A DNA stretch of 60,212 nucleotides, filler included, from Pirum gemmata (lineage: Eukaryota): NCBI GenBank assembly GCA_002812295.1. It is 11 parts of 11 records of this genome, joined end to end, with 100 filler letters (N's around TTAATTAATTAA, not from the genome) between each part and the next. Parts side by side here need not be neighbours in the genome. Positions count along the whole stretch, not along the records: positions 21,885 to 27,306 come from PDIN01000561.1; positions 27,407 to 32,767 come from PDIN01000562.1; positions 32,868 to 38,322 come from PDIN01000563.1; 8 more parts are not named here. The stretch is one strand, 5' to 3'. Position 1 is the stretch's first letter, and each line of letters begins with the position of its first letter. Shown here piece after piece: positions 25,657 through 37,571 of this stretch. A program made the position numbers and the translations under genes. Under the pieces are notes generated by a model. The model had not been told where the DNA came from and did no database searches. It saw only the letters and a list, made by a program, of their open reading frames with translations.

Positions 25657-26805
25657 TTACGACCTTTAGTAGTTCTTTTATTGTAGCCTTTTTTCTATTA
25701 ACAGTTCTCCCAAATTAGCCTTAACCCAACCTCTCTTAAACCCTAATATGAATATTAGTTTTCATAATTTGTTTTTTTTTTACTTATTATTATTATTATT
25801 ATTATTTTAGACGACATCATTCGAGATCCTATAAAAGGTATTCCTGGTAATGATACTTTAGCCAACGCTGACCAATATCCTGCCACAGTAGTGTTAACTA
25901 ATGTTACAAACTATACTGTAAATATGTTTTCAGAAGTCGACATGGGTTATTTGAATTTATACTATGGTATTTTATTTATACAGTACCAATGGGAAACGGA
26001 TTACTACCAAGACGAAACAACTGTTTGGGGAAGTAATATTTTATGGAACACTCCCAACAGAACTTGGGCGTTTACTCTTTTGCTATGTCTTGCAGCTTGC
26101 GCCATGTTGATGATGAACTTTATCTCTATTTTGTATTCATTTTGTGCAAAGGAAAAGAGTCGTATTTATAGCATAACAGTTATATATACATGGCTGGGTA
26201 CTTCTGGTCTGTTTGTTTGTGTTCTTATGTTCCCATTTGCTTGGAATAATTTGAATACATATCAAGTGGGTTGGTGGAGTGATGTCAACGCACAATTGCC
26301 GAGTTTTAATTATACCCAGCTAAATGGCACAGTTATTTCTGAAATTAATGTCACCCAAAGCTCTATACATGATATGTGTGGCAACTCTACTGGTTATTGG
26401 AATCCTGGAAGTTGTTCAGTTGGTTATTCCTATATTTTAGTAATCATTTCTTTAGTTTGTAGTTTGTTGAGTTACAGTACGCTAAGGTACACCTTGGACA
26501 GAAAATACAAAATTTACCAAGACAATGATAAGGAAAATACTTATAAATTATTTAAGGATGATGATCATGACATGGAAATGCTTAAATACGAAAAGAAAGC
26601 GGAGGAGAAAAAAGCCTCAAAGAGTAGTAACGGTGGGTTTATGATGTCTTTAATGCCATGGAAAAAGAAGAGTTCTAATGAAGATGAATTGCTATTAAAA
26701 GATAGTGATGCGCATATTGATAATGGCTCTTATGACAACGATTCCATTTTTGAATATCCGGAAACGAAATCTGTTGCTGAAAGTGAAGCTATTAGTGTCC
26801 TGTAA
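22292..26805 (+). CDS. CHS: Chitin synthase (GT2, Division 1 / fungal class I-III and oomycete-like) with a C-terminal LHFPL/claudin-like tetraspan domain; exons 22292-22859, 23018-24606, 24758-25298, 25504-25605, 25811-26805 (1264 aa)
   Basis: KKTNSHEWF, TDCGT, VLPGPCGMY, LAEDRIL, QRRRW and DLSWG motifs; four GT-AG introns with matching phases give 3795 nt in frame. Confidence 0.92.
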
Positions 26806-27519
26806 CTTCATATTAATTAAAAAAAGAATTTTATTTTATTTTGAAAATAAAGTCAGTGATGCTTATCCATTCAAAACATATATATAATATATTTGAAAAT
26901 AACTTGTTAAAAATAAATAACAATTTTTTGTTTTGTAAATAAAATACAATATTTGAAAAATAACTGTAAATAAATAAAACAATTTTAAAAATTTTTTAAT
27001 ACAAAAGTGTATTTATTTTCTCAATTTAAAATTTCTTTTAAATATTAAAGTGTATTTATTTTCCTCATTTTTAGTGAAATTATCTTTTGATCATATTATG
27101 TTCTTTCAGTTATTTTATTTATTATTTGACTAGCCAGGTTTACTAGTAAGTAGCAATTTTACAAATTTCTGACCCTACCCCTCCCCCTACCCTAACCCTA
27201 ACCCCCAAACCCAAACCCCTAACCCTACCCCTAATCCTAACCCCTAATCCTAACCCTAATCCTAACCCCTAGCCTAACTAACCCCGCCCCCGCCCCAACT
27301 CTAAAANNNNNNNNNNNNNNNNNNNNNNNNNNNNNNNNNNNNNNNNNNNNTTAATTAATTAANNNNNNNNNNNNNNNNNNNNNNNNNNNNNNNNNNNNNN
27401 NNNNNNAATAATAATAATAATAATAATAATAACAGTAACAATAACAGTAACAATAATAACGTTAAAATTAACAATAAATAATAATAATAATAATAATAGA
27501 TTGTTGTAATTGAATCAAA

Positions 27520-28036
27520 ATGAATTACTATCACCAAATAATTACTTGCTTAGTTGTTACCCTTTTTGCAGGATCAGTAATTGGTACGTATATATTATAT
27601 TATAATGTATTATATATTTTGTTAAAGTTTTTTTTTGTTTGTTTCAATGTTGTTGTTGTTGGTGTTGTTGTTGCAATTATTATTATTATTGTTGAAGTTA
27701 TTATTATTGTTGAAGTTATTATTATTGTTAAAATGTTTGTTGTGGTTTTGGTTATGATTGTGGTTGTGATTTTGGTTATTATTATCATAATTGTATTGTA
27801 GCCATTATTGTCATTATTGCCATTATTACCATTATTATATTATTGTTATTTTATTTTTATAGTTATTATTTTTAATTGGTTGTTATCGAAAACATTTGAA
27901 ATAATGGAACAAAATTTAAATATAACATATTATATTTATGGTCATGATTGTTATTGTTCATGTATATTATTTATTATTATTTATAATTATCATAATTATA
28001 TTATTATTATTTATTATTTATTATTTTAAGAATTGG

Positions 28037-28085
<49 letters not shown>

Positions 28086-29091
28086 ATTAATTAGCATTAT
28101 TAATTAACATTATTCTTTTTTTTTTTTTTCAATTATATAATCAATAGCAACAAGAAATCAAGGAAATCAAGAATGTGATATCACCTTCCTGTTTGATAAT
28201 CGTGAAACTAACTTACCTAGAGCCTACAACATTGGCGAAACCATCGGAAATAGTAAAAGTGACATTGAAAAACGATGGAAAGAAATGTATAGCCGAGTAA
28301 AAGATATAGTGATCCAACTAGATAGTGACTATAACACAAAATGTACGTATACACTAGCTCAATTTGACGAACACAATTACATAAACAACTTAGAGAAAGA
28401 ATCTCCACTTAGTGATATCCAACCTATTACCTTGAATATGTTGAATAGAGAACACGGCACAAACGCAGGGAAACAACTGAGCTTAGGACAAGCAATAACG
28501 AAAGGAATAGAAGGTTTTACAAAAGAAAATACATTGTCCACAAAATTGCTCATAATATTGACTAACTCTGTGGGATACCAACACGCAGTAAATTTAAACC
28601 AACTTTATCAATTAGCCCAAGAAAAAAATATAAAAATTATCGTTCTGGGTAATAAATATTATTTTAATGATTATAACAATGGTAGAATACAAACCTTGAC
28701 GGGTACAAGTGGTAATGTTATTGATTTAGATGCTAATATTAACACAGTTGTGTTAAAAATTAAAAGTTTAGTTGAGCAAGAACAACTAAGAATTCAAAGT
28801 TTAGTTGAGCAAGAACAACTAAGAATTCAAAGTTTAGTTGAGCAAGAACAACCAAGAATTCAAAGTTTAGTTGAGCAAGAACAACTTAATACTAATACAA
28901 ATCACAATATTGACAATAAGCACATTACTAAAATTAATGCTCTAAAGGCCGGGGGAGCAATGTTGATAGGGATGGTAGTAAAAAAAATTATTAGCCATGT
29001 CTTTTCAAAAACAGTTACAACAACTAATAATACAATTACAGCTGAAACAACAACTGAAACAACAACAGCTGAGCCTACATTTACAGCTTAA
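27520..29091 (+). CDS. Secreted von Willebrand factor A (vWA) domain protein with a Thr-rich tail; exons 27520-27583, 28148-29091
   Basis: Signal-peptide exon, phase-1 intron; CDITFLFD, TLAQF, LGQAI, KLLIILTN and IKIIVLG follow the vWA strand/helix pattern. Confidence 0.7.
28762..28885 (+). repeat. 33-bp coding tandem repeat (SLVEQEQLRIQ, about 3.7 copies)
   Basis: AAAGTTTAGTTGAGCAAGAACAACTAAGAATTC repeated. Confidence 0.9.
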
Positions 29092-29612
29092 ACTACAACT
29101 GAAAACACAACTACATCTTCAACAACAGCAACAGCAACAGCAACAACAACTGAGTCAGCCTACATTATAGTAAGATAGCTACATTTTAACTAATATTATT
29201 GTAGCTATCTTACTATAGAGTATTTTTCATTGTGTTAATTTGAAATTTTTATATTGTCGAAAAAAATGTTATTATATATTATAAATATATTATAATATTT
29301 ATAAATAAATAAAGAATCTGCAATAACATTAATATTATTTTTACTTGAGTATTTTTCATATTTTGTTTATTTGAAAATTTTAGATAGTCGAAAACTTACC
29401 TCCAACAACAACAACTTCCATACCACTATAATCACCATTCACAAACAATAAAGAATCTGATGGTATTAATATTAAAATAATATTAACACCAACAACTTCC
29501 ATATACTACAACCACCATTCACAAACAATGTTATATTAACTAAGTAGCTACATGTGATTAATTAATATATTTTCTAATAAAGATTTAGAAAAATATGCAC
29601 ATTAATTAAAAG

Positions 29613-30245
29613 TCAAACCCAAGAATTTGTTAACCAATCCTCAGTAGTAGTTCCTAACAAGACCGCCTTTTTATCATTATCAGTAGCCGTGGCTGAATTT
29701 GGAGTATTAGTTAAAATCTCTGCCATAGCTTGAGCAGTTTGTAATTTTCCATACCTAAAAGTTACAAGCTTAAACCGGAGTTGAAAGCAGAAGTGACCCT
29801 CAAATGAACACCCAAGCACCAGAAACCAGGTCTGTAAATTTTGAGAGGAACGGCAGCGGCGCTTGGATCAGGTACATAATCTACTGAAAACGCTTTATTC
29901 CACCTCTCCAATGATAGACAGAGTCCCTTATTATTATCATGATCAGAGCGCCAGGACCAAGACCTATATAGTATACCCAGGTAGCTCCAGCTGAATTTGG
30001 AGTATTAGTTAAAACTCTACCACACTTTGGGTTGCTTAATTAAACCAGAGTTGAAAGCAGAAGTAACCGTCAATCTACATCCAAAATCACCAGAAACCAG
30101 GTCTGTAAACTTCGACAGGAACGGCAGCGGTATTACTGGGAATAGCACTTAGGTCATAATCTACTGAATACGCTTGAAAATTTACTCCACCTGCCCAATG
30201 ATAGATAGGCTCCTTTGTTCGGTCCCTTATCGTTATCAAGGCCAA
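29613..30245 (-). pseudogene. Degenerate coding relic made of two diverged repeats of about 300 bp; function unknown
   Basis: Blocks such as CTGAATTTGGAGTATTAGTTAAAA and CACCAGAAACCAGGTCTGTAAA occur twice; coding-like composition with stops and frameshifts. Confidence 0.4.
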
Positions 30246-30510
30246 GACGTCGACCTACCGACAATAATTTTGAAACATTAGCAATAGTTTCGGCTTGTTT
30301 GTCAACCGTACGCACCAAAGGGTGATTTAGACATGTACATGGAACCCAATCGCACATCAAATTGAGTTTTAATTAATCTGGTTTTTTGTTCAAAGTTGCT
30401 ATCAACAAACGCATCATGATTCCTTTCAGATTAGTTCTAAAAGTACTCAAGTTCAAATCGCCGTTGGTGGAATTAAATGAACCTGTTTATAAAGGTACTT
30501 ATCAAAAGTT

Positions 30511-31490
30511 TTATTTGAGACTTACAAAGTACTGTCTATTTCTATCAGGGTAAACAGTTGCGCTATAAGTAAATCTTTTCTCGGAGGTGTGTTTCATACT
30601 CTTCCATGATCCTCTTCCTTCAAGTTCAACTTCACTGAGGAAACTGTATGGGAATTCTCGTGTAGCAGTTTTTAATAGGGCCAGTATAGTAAAGCCCGAA
30701 TTCTTCCAGTAAGGCTTTGCAACCAGGAAAACTAGAAAAGAAAGAGTCACCATAATATTATATCGCCCTTTTACTATAAAACCATGGCTCTAACAATCGT
30801 AATGTACACCCAACACCATTTGCATTACAATCGTAAGAAGGTTGTTGTAGTTGTGGCTGTTGTGGCTTTTGTTGCTGTTGCTGTTGCCGTTGTTGCTGTT
30901 GTTGCTGTTGCTGCTGTTGTTGCTGTTGCTGCTGTTGCTGCTGTTGTTGCCATTGTTGTTGTTGCTGTTGTTGCTGTTGTTGCTGTTGTTGCTGTTGTTG
31001 CCATTGTTGTTGTTGATTCATGTTGCTGCTGCTGTTGTTGCTGTAGCTGGAATTGTTGTTGCTGTAGCTGAAATTGTTGTTGCTGTAGCTGGAATTGTTG
31101 TTACTGCTGAAGTAGTATTTGTATTTGATTATGAAGTGGCTGTGCTGTTGTTGTTGTTGTTGTTGTTATTATTGTTATTGTTGTTGTTGTTGTTATTGCT
31201 AATGTTGCTGTTGTTGCTGCTGTTGTCGCTGTTAATTAAGATTGTTGGTTGTTGTTGCTGTTGTTGGTTACGTTCACCAAGTGTTTTCAATACTCCCACT
31301 AAAGTCTTTCCTTTTATTTTTGAAGGAAACAGAACCGTTATATACCACTCTTTTCTGGTTTTTTGTTTCTTTTGTATGTTAACCTACAACTTCACCTTGC
31401 AAATAAGCTGCTTTATACTTACTTCCAAATCTTCTTTGTGCTTCCCTTTCATCAACTTTCATCCACTACTTGTGAACCTGTTTGAAGTTT
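30511..31490 (-). pseudogene. piggyBac-type (DDE_Tnp_1_7) transposase relic; centre deleted and replaced by CAA/CAG microsatellite
   Basis: EAQRRFGSKYK..LQGEVV N-terminus; TLRLLEPWF..R..*YYGDSFFSS; GLYYTGPI/KTATREFP..L..VELEGRG; DRNRQYFVS. Confidence 0.7.
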
Positions 31491-32731
31491 ATTTTTTGTG
31501 AACTATTAAATATATTTATATTATATATATACCTATATTGTATATATACATATATGCATATGCATCTTAAGTATACATTATATATATTATATACTTTATG
31601 ATGACAACTTTGTAGTATTATATTTATATCCTTATCTGAGCGTCTAAAAATTATCAAATTTATTTGAAAGTGGAGGAAATTTTGCCCCAGATTCAATTTT
31701 GGTATAAAAAGTATACTAGTCTAGGGTCTATTTTTTTCAAAAAAAAAAAAAAAATAATTTCCCAAAAAAAGACTTGCAACTGACTGGCTTTTTTTGACAT
31801 CTGTAGATTTTTTTCCTTTTACAACTCTTTCTAGACTATCATTTTTCATCCTTGTATGATATGTAGTTCTATATAATGTAGCTATCTGATAGCTAGAGAC
31901 TTGTAGAGTGACTCGATATTACACGATAGTCTATGTAGAGTGACTGTCTACGTAGTTAGTCTACTGAGCTAGAACTTTGTAAACATGAAAAAATCCACAA
32001 AAAACAACAAAAGTATAAAGGGCCTTTATAGCCTTTATATACATAAAGTTGGTATACAATTCTATACATAAACTAAAATTTTACATGAAAAAATCCACAA
32101 ACAAAACAACAAAACAAACAAAACAAAGCGAACAAAACCACCCCACCACCAACCAACCCAACACCAACCAACCAACTAACCAACCAACCAACCCAACACC
32201 AACCAACCAACTAACCAACCAACCAACCAACCAACCAATGAACAGACTAAAAACACAACAAAGTGACAAAAGTAACAAACAAACAGCTAAACAGCTAAAC
32301 AGCTAAACAGCTAAACAAAACAAACAAACAAACAAGCATACAAACAAGCTAGCAAGCAAATGGTTGGGAACATTTCCTACTTCGCTGATAAAGATGATTT
32401 ATTTAATGATTTAAACGTACTTCGAGATGAAGAGCATACAATTATGCATTTCGCAGCGTTTCCAGACTTACTGCATGGCGATAATCAACCCGAATGTGAA
32501 GCAAGGTCCTCATTCTCTATATTCCAACCACCACCACCACCACCACCACCACCACTGCTCACGACAACAACAAAACATGAGACATATTCTACATTACTAG
32601 CCCCTTTCAATATCGCAATATATACAATTGTAAAGTTTTAATTTGGAAGATGTATTATACTAAATAAAAATAGAGAAAATTAGGAAAGGGAGGTGGAAGA
32701 AATAATTAAAAAATAGAGGGCAATAACAATA

Positions 32732-32762
<31 letters not shown>

Positions 32763-32953
32763 ACAACNNNNNNNNNNNNNNNNNNNNNNNNNNNNNNNNN
32801 NNNNNNNNNNNTTAATTAATTAANNNNNNNNNNNNNNNNNNNNNNNNNNNNNNNNNNNNNNNNNNNNATAAAATAACAAAAATCACTTAATAATTAAAAT
32901 TCTCTAGACCACCGTCTGACCACGACTTGGAATGCGCTTAATTAAAAAAAAAA

Positions 32954-32992
<39 letters not shown>

Positions 32993-33925
32993 ACAATAAA
33001 AAAAAAAAAAATAAAAACCAAAAAAAAAAAAAAAAAAAAAAAAAAAAGTGACAACAAGTTCACAACAAACAAATCATTAACTTTTAAAATAAATACCACA
33101 AAGTACTACTATGAAACAAGTCAACAAACTTTGATATCATATATTATCATAACAGTATCATAACACCTACTACTCTGGAGCGATGACTGCTCCTCCTTTT
33201 CCTTTTTCTCAAGAAAAAGGAAAACAGCTATCATATCGCTAGCTCGTAGCTATCGTAGTAGTATGATACAGGGCTACGGTTAGGGCCCTGCTAGATAGCT
33301 ATGATACTAGCTAGTAGCAGTACTGTAGCAGTCTAGTAGCTCTAGTAGCCTCTAGTCTAGCTAGATAGAGGGTTAGGGGCCTTAGGGCCTTGCTAGCTAG
33401 CTAGTAGAGGGTGCTTACCAGCTTACAGCAGCTAGTCTACTGCTCTAGCTAGCTATCATACTAGCTAGACTATCATAGGATTCATAGGCTCATAGCTACT
33501 AGTAGCTTACAGCTAGCTAGCTAGTAGCTTACAGCAGCTAGTCTACTGCTAGCTAGCTAGACTATCATAGCTACTAGCTAGCTAGTAGCTAGCTACGAGC
33601 CTACTGCCTACGATAAGTCTACGATATCATATGACCACAATACCACACACCACATATATAGAAAAAAAAAAAATCTTCAACGGTTCAAAACTTCCGACAG
33701 ACTCTAGACCAAGAAAAAAAAAAAAAAAAAAAGGAAGAAATCGAATGTTTATACAAGGACTTCAAAACAGAAGTCCTTGGTTTACTTATAACTGTACTGC
33801 TTTAATTAAATCCCTTCCATTACGCCATAATAAATATTTACATCATAATGTAGTTATGTAGACCTAGTCTATTTGAAATGAAAAAAAAATGAAAAAAAAA
33901 ATTATTTTGTTATTTATTGAAAATT

Positions 33926-34918
33926 TTATACTGCCTTAATTAAGTTTGCGCTATTTAGAGCTATGCTTATACCGTTCTCATGGGCTTGGTACCAACAACT
34001 ATTTTTATAATATTTCCCTTCATATTGAAATATATCAGAAACTGAAGGTTTTCCAATTAGCGCACCTAGGGTCCATTCGTTTTTGGGCTTCATATTCATT
34101 AAGTACATAAGGTTGCACATGAACATTTTGTATATATATGGAATCGTTGATGACATAGCAAACAAAACATGACTGTATCGGGTATTGTGCTTTTATGATA
34201 ACAAGAGCATTGTGATTCAGACTTATTTGGGTTCTTTCTCGGCACAACTAAACATGAGCTCTCCCATACAGTTTTCACGTCTATCGCGTTCAAGTTGAAT
34301 AGCTGTTGCATTATTTTTAAATCTTTTAGGAACCCTTAACCCTTAACCCTTACCCCTTAACCCTTAACCCTTAACCCTTAAAACCCTAATCCTAACCCTA
34401 ACCTTTACTAACTCTAACCTTAAACCTAACTAGAAATTCTTGGGGTAATTTTTTGGGTGGCATGTTTGTAGGAGTGAGGAAAAGGTTAGAATGTGCAGCA
34501 ACTATTTTAGGTGCGTATTCTGTAGCATTTTTCTTCCTTTTCCATGACAGTGTTGTCTCTGAATCATTAGTGTTATCAGGGCTAGTATTGCTTGTTGATA
34601 ATACCGTTTTGGACTCGGGATTTGGTAAGTTTAAAAGAAAGCGTTGATATCCACCTTTAGCTGTTGCATGGTTTCTTTTTTTTTTCTAAATTGAGATATT
34701 GACGTTAAGTTATCAACATTTTTCATTTCGATAAATTGATTGACTGCATACATATTTCTCAGCGCGAAACTCAAGTACTCCATAAATAAACGCATTGATA
34801 CTGAATCGGCAATAAGTGAATAATATCTTATCAATCTTGATAGAACATCTTCTCCCATTGTTTTATTATATGCCACAACAACTGCTGGTTTCAACTTGAA
34901 ATTTGCTTTCACAAACAT
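33926..34918 (-). pseudogene. piggyBac-type transposase C-terminal relic, interrupted by telomere-like repeats
   Basis: KPAVVVAYNKTMGEDV...MRLFMEYLSFALRNMY resembles P.vv..YN..MGGVD / rlF..l..a..N; Cys/His-rich tail ending SCWYQAH. Confidence 0.55.
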
Positions 34919-35396
34919 TTAATGCAAAGCTTTCAAGGTTTATTACATGCAGTACAGAATAAATCTGTACCCAAATAAATCGAACAACCTTTAGAATCAA
35001 CCGGATTATGAACAGATTTTTACGTGTTTTACAAAAGTAATGCCCTACACGTTCATAGCAAATGGTGCAAGTATTAGCTAGCAACATTTGCAGAACATCA
35101 GTTTTGGGCTTTTTACTCGTCTTATCACTTGTAGGATCTGCTTTCCTTTTTCCAGCTCCATTGGTTTTAAAGTAAAGACAAGCATTTTTACGAACATTCT
35201 TACAATCAGGTCCATACTTAAAAAAAGCACACGGTTTTCTAACACGTTTACATGCCTCACAAGTTTTATTGTTGTTATTGTTATTGTTATTGTTATTGTT
35301 ATTGTTATTGTTATTGTTATTGTTATTGTTATTGTTATTGTTATTATATTGTTATTATTAATTTATTGTTAGTATTATAATTGGTATTAGCAGGGT

Positions 35397-35810
35397 TAGC
35401 ATTAGCATTAGCATTAGCATTAGTATTAGTATTAGTATTTGTATTAGTATTAGTATTAGTATAAGTATTAGTATTAGTATTAGTATTAGTATTAGTATTA
35501 GTATTAGTATTAGTATTAGTATTAGTATTAGTATTAGTATTAGTATTAGTATTAGTATTAGTATTAGTATTAGTGGCTTTTTCCGTTTCTTTAACTTTGC
35601 TTTTTTGCTTTTTCTTCTCTTGAATTTTCCTTATTATTAAAATAAAAGCCTAAACTTCACATCGTTTTTAATGTTACAACTAGCTAAAAAATTGTATCCA
35701 TACCAAAATATCTGTNAGTATTAGTATTAGTATTAGTATTAGTATTAGTATTAGTATTAGTATTAGTATTAGTATTAGTATTAGTATTAGTATTAGTATT
35801 AGTATTAGTG
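35397..35810. repeat. (TTAGTA)n microsatellite; adjacent (TTATTG)n at about 35270-35345
   Basis: Read directly; partly duplicated across the single N at 35716. Confidence 0.85.
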
Positions 35811-36415
35811 GCTTTTTCCGTTTCTTTAACTTTGCTTTTTTGCTTTTTCTTCTCTTGAATTTTCCTTATTATTAAAATAAAAGCCTAAACTTCACATCGT
35901 TTTTAATGTTACAACTAGCTAAAAAATTGTATCCATACCAAAATATCTGTATGCTGGCGAGTATTCTCGAAAATGACCTTCCAATGTCCCTTTTTTTGTG
36001 GACTTTTTTGTTTTTTAAACGACCCCTAAAGTGTACATAATGCAATCTCGGAATGATTAGCTATGCCCTTGTCAACCCGAGAACAAAAATCCCAAGCTGA
36101 AATGATTTTTTTTATTATGTTAATCTTTTTTAAACCTTGCATAACGTCATAAAAAAAATTTCCTAACTCTTTTTCATGCATGAACATTAAACTTACAATC
36201 GGTTGTAGCGTTTTCGGCTTGATGCATCTCTATATAATTAAATAGGAATTTATTACTCAAGTCAGGTTTTGGATACTTATCATTATCATTATCATTATCA
36301 TTATCATTATCATTATCATTACCATTATCATTATTATTATATCAATATCAATATCAATATCAATATCAATATCAATATTAATATCAATATCAATATCAAT
36401 ATCAAAATCAATATC

Positions 36416-36450
<35 letters not shown>

Positions 36451-37254
36451 CACTAACGTTATCATTATTTTATGCATTTTTACTATTTTACACTATTTCA
36501 TAGTTTTTTTTTACAACTTTTTATATAATTATATCGTTTTTAATTTATCATTTTCAGTCTTAATTTTCCTTCTATGCTTGTCATACTCGTCTATGCATTC
36601 AGTAAGTCTGTTTTCTGGAATCCTTCTATGACTTTTGTATGTTTTAAGACCATATCTTGCTAAAACAAATTTTCATGTTTATTGCTAATTAGAATTAAAC
36701 GTTGTAAAAAAGAATGTTTTAAAAGCGTTTAATTTATATATTATATTATATTGTTAATCGAGAAGAACAGAGTTCGGTTCTTCCATAATTATTATGTTTT
36801 GCTATAAAAGAGCTAATAACCAGCTGCAGGTTTACCATTATTTTTTAAAAATCCACCCGTTGAACTATCAATCCATGACTAGGTTTGCCTGACGCCTGCT
36901 CAGAGTCTACCTTCCTTCCATTCCTTCATAGACTCTTTTTTCTTTTTGACTTATACTACTAAATGATACTGTGAATTAATAATGATATTCTAACCTTAAC
37001 CCAAGAGGGGAAAAACTTCTTTAATAAAAACTTCTTTTTAATTAATTATTAAACTTCTTTTCATAGATCATTTTAATATTAAAAATTATGTTAAAATATC
37101 AGTATTGTATTCTTGGTGTTTTAAAAAATCATTTTTTTTATTCATCTGGACAAGTTAGAGACTGTTAGGGTTAAGATACTGGTTAATTAAGGTTATCCGG
37201 TTAGGGTTAGGGTTCTGTTTAATTAAATTCAAAAAAGTTAATCCAAATTCTCCA

Positions 37255-37520
37255 CGAAGACTTCACAATCACTGTATGCGGAATTAAAGGCGAGGACTGG
37301 CGAGGTATGACACCATGAAGAGGTTCGAATAGGATTGTTTTTATTTCTTTTATCATGGAATATTTTCTAATATGGAATCATTCTTCTTATATGAAAATCT
37401 ATTTCTTATATTGGCAGCTAATGTACTTCTTGAATATTTATTTATAAATAAGTATTTGAAATGTGTGCAGGCACTTGTGACAAATTGTGGGCCACAATCC
37501 GCCAGGACCGCCACACACAG
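37255..37520 (-). pseudogene. Possible LTR-retrotransposon integrase fragment
   Basis: LADCGPQFVTS (resembles SDNGPQFTS) and, in another frame, LFEPLHGVIPR (resembles PFEL.yG..PR). Confidence 0.3.
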
Positions 37521-37571
37521 CTGGCTGGCCAGTGGTGGAGTGGCTCTCTAAGTAGTGGTTTCTATGATAAC

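Noticed and set aside
30758..31501. Poly-Q, poly-L and poly-V ORFs
   Set aside because: Translations of a CAA/CAG microsatellite inside a transposase relic
32360..32641. 93-aa ORF with poly-Pro
   Set aside because: May be an exon, but no recognisable domain or supported splice partner before the contig end
35480..35950. Exact duplication of microsatellite plus about 140 bp of unique sequence
   Set aside because: Junction is a single N (35716); assembly overlap artefact
36269..36631. 120-aa YH/IN-repeat ORF and similar ORFs (1095-1360, 7901-8263, 27600-28029, 32049-32306, 48132-48343, 56806-56997, 59481-59720)
   Set aside because: Simple-repeat, homopolymer, intronic or telomeric translations with no coding signal
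36520..36940. Possible pogo/Tc1 DNA-binding remnant on the minus strand
   Set aside because: Only a vague LARYGL match amid stops
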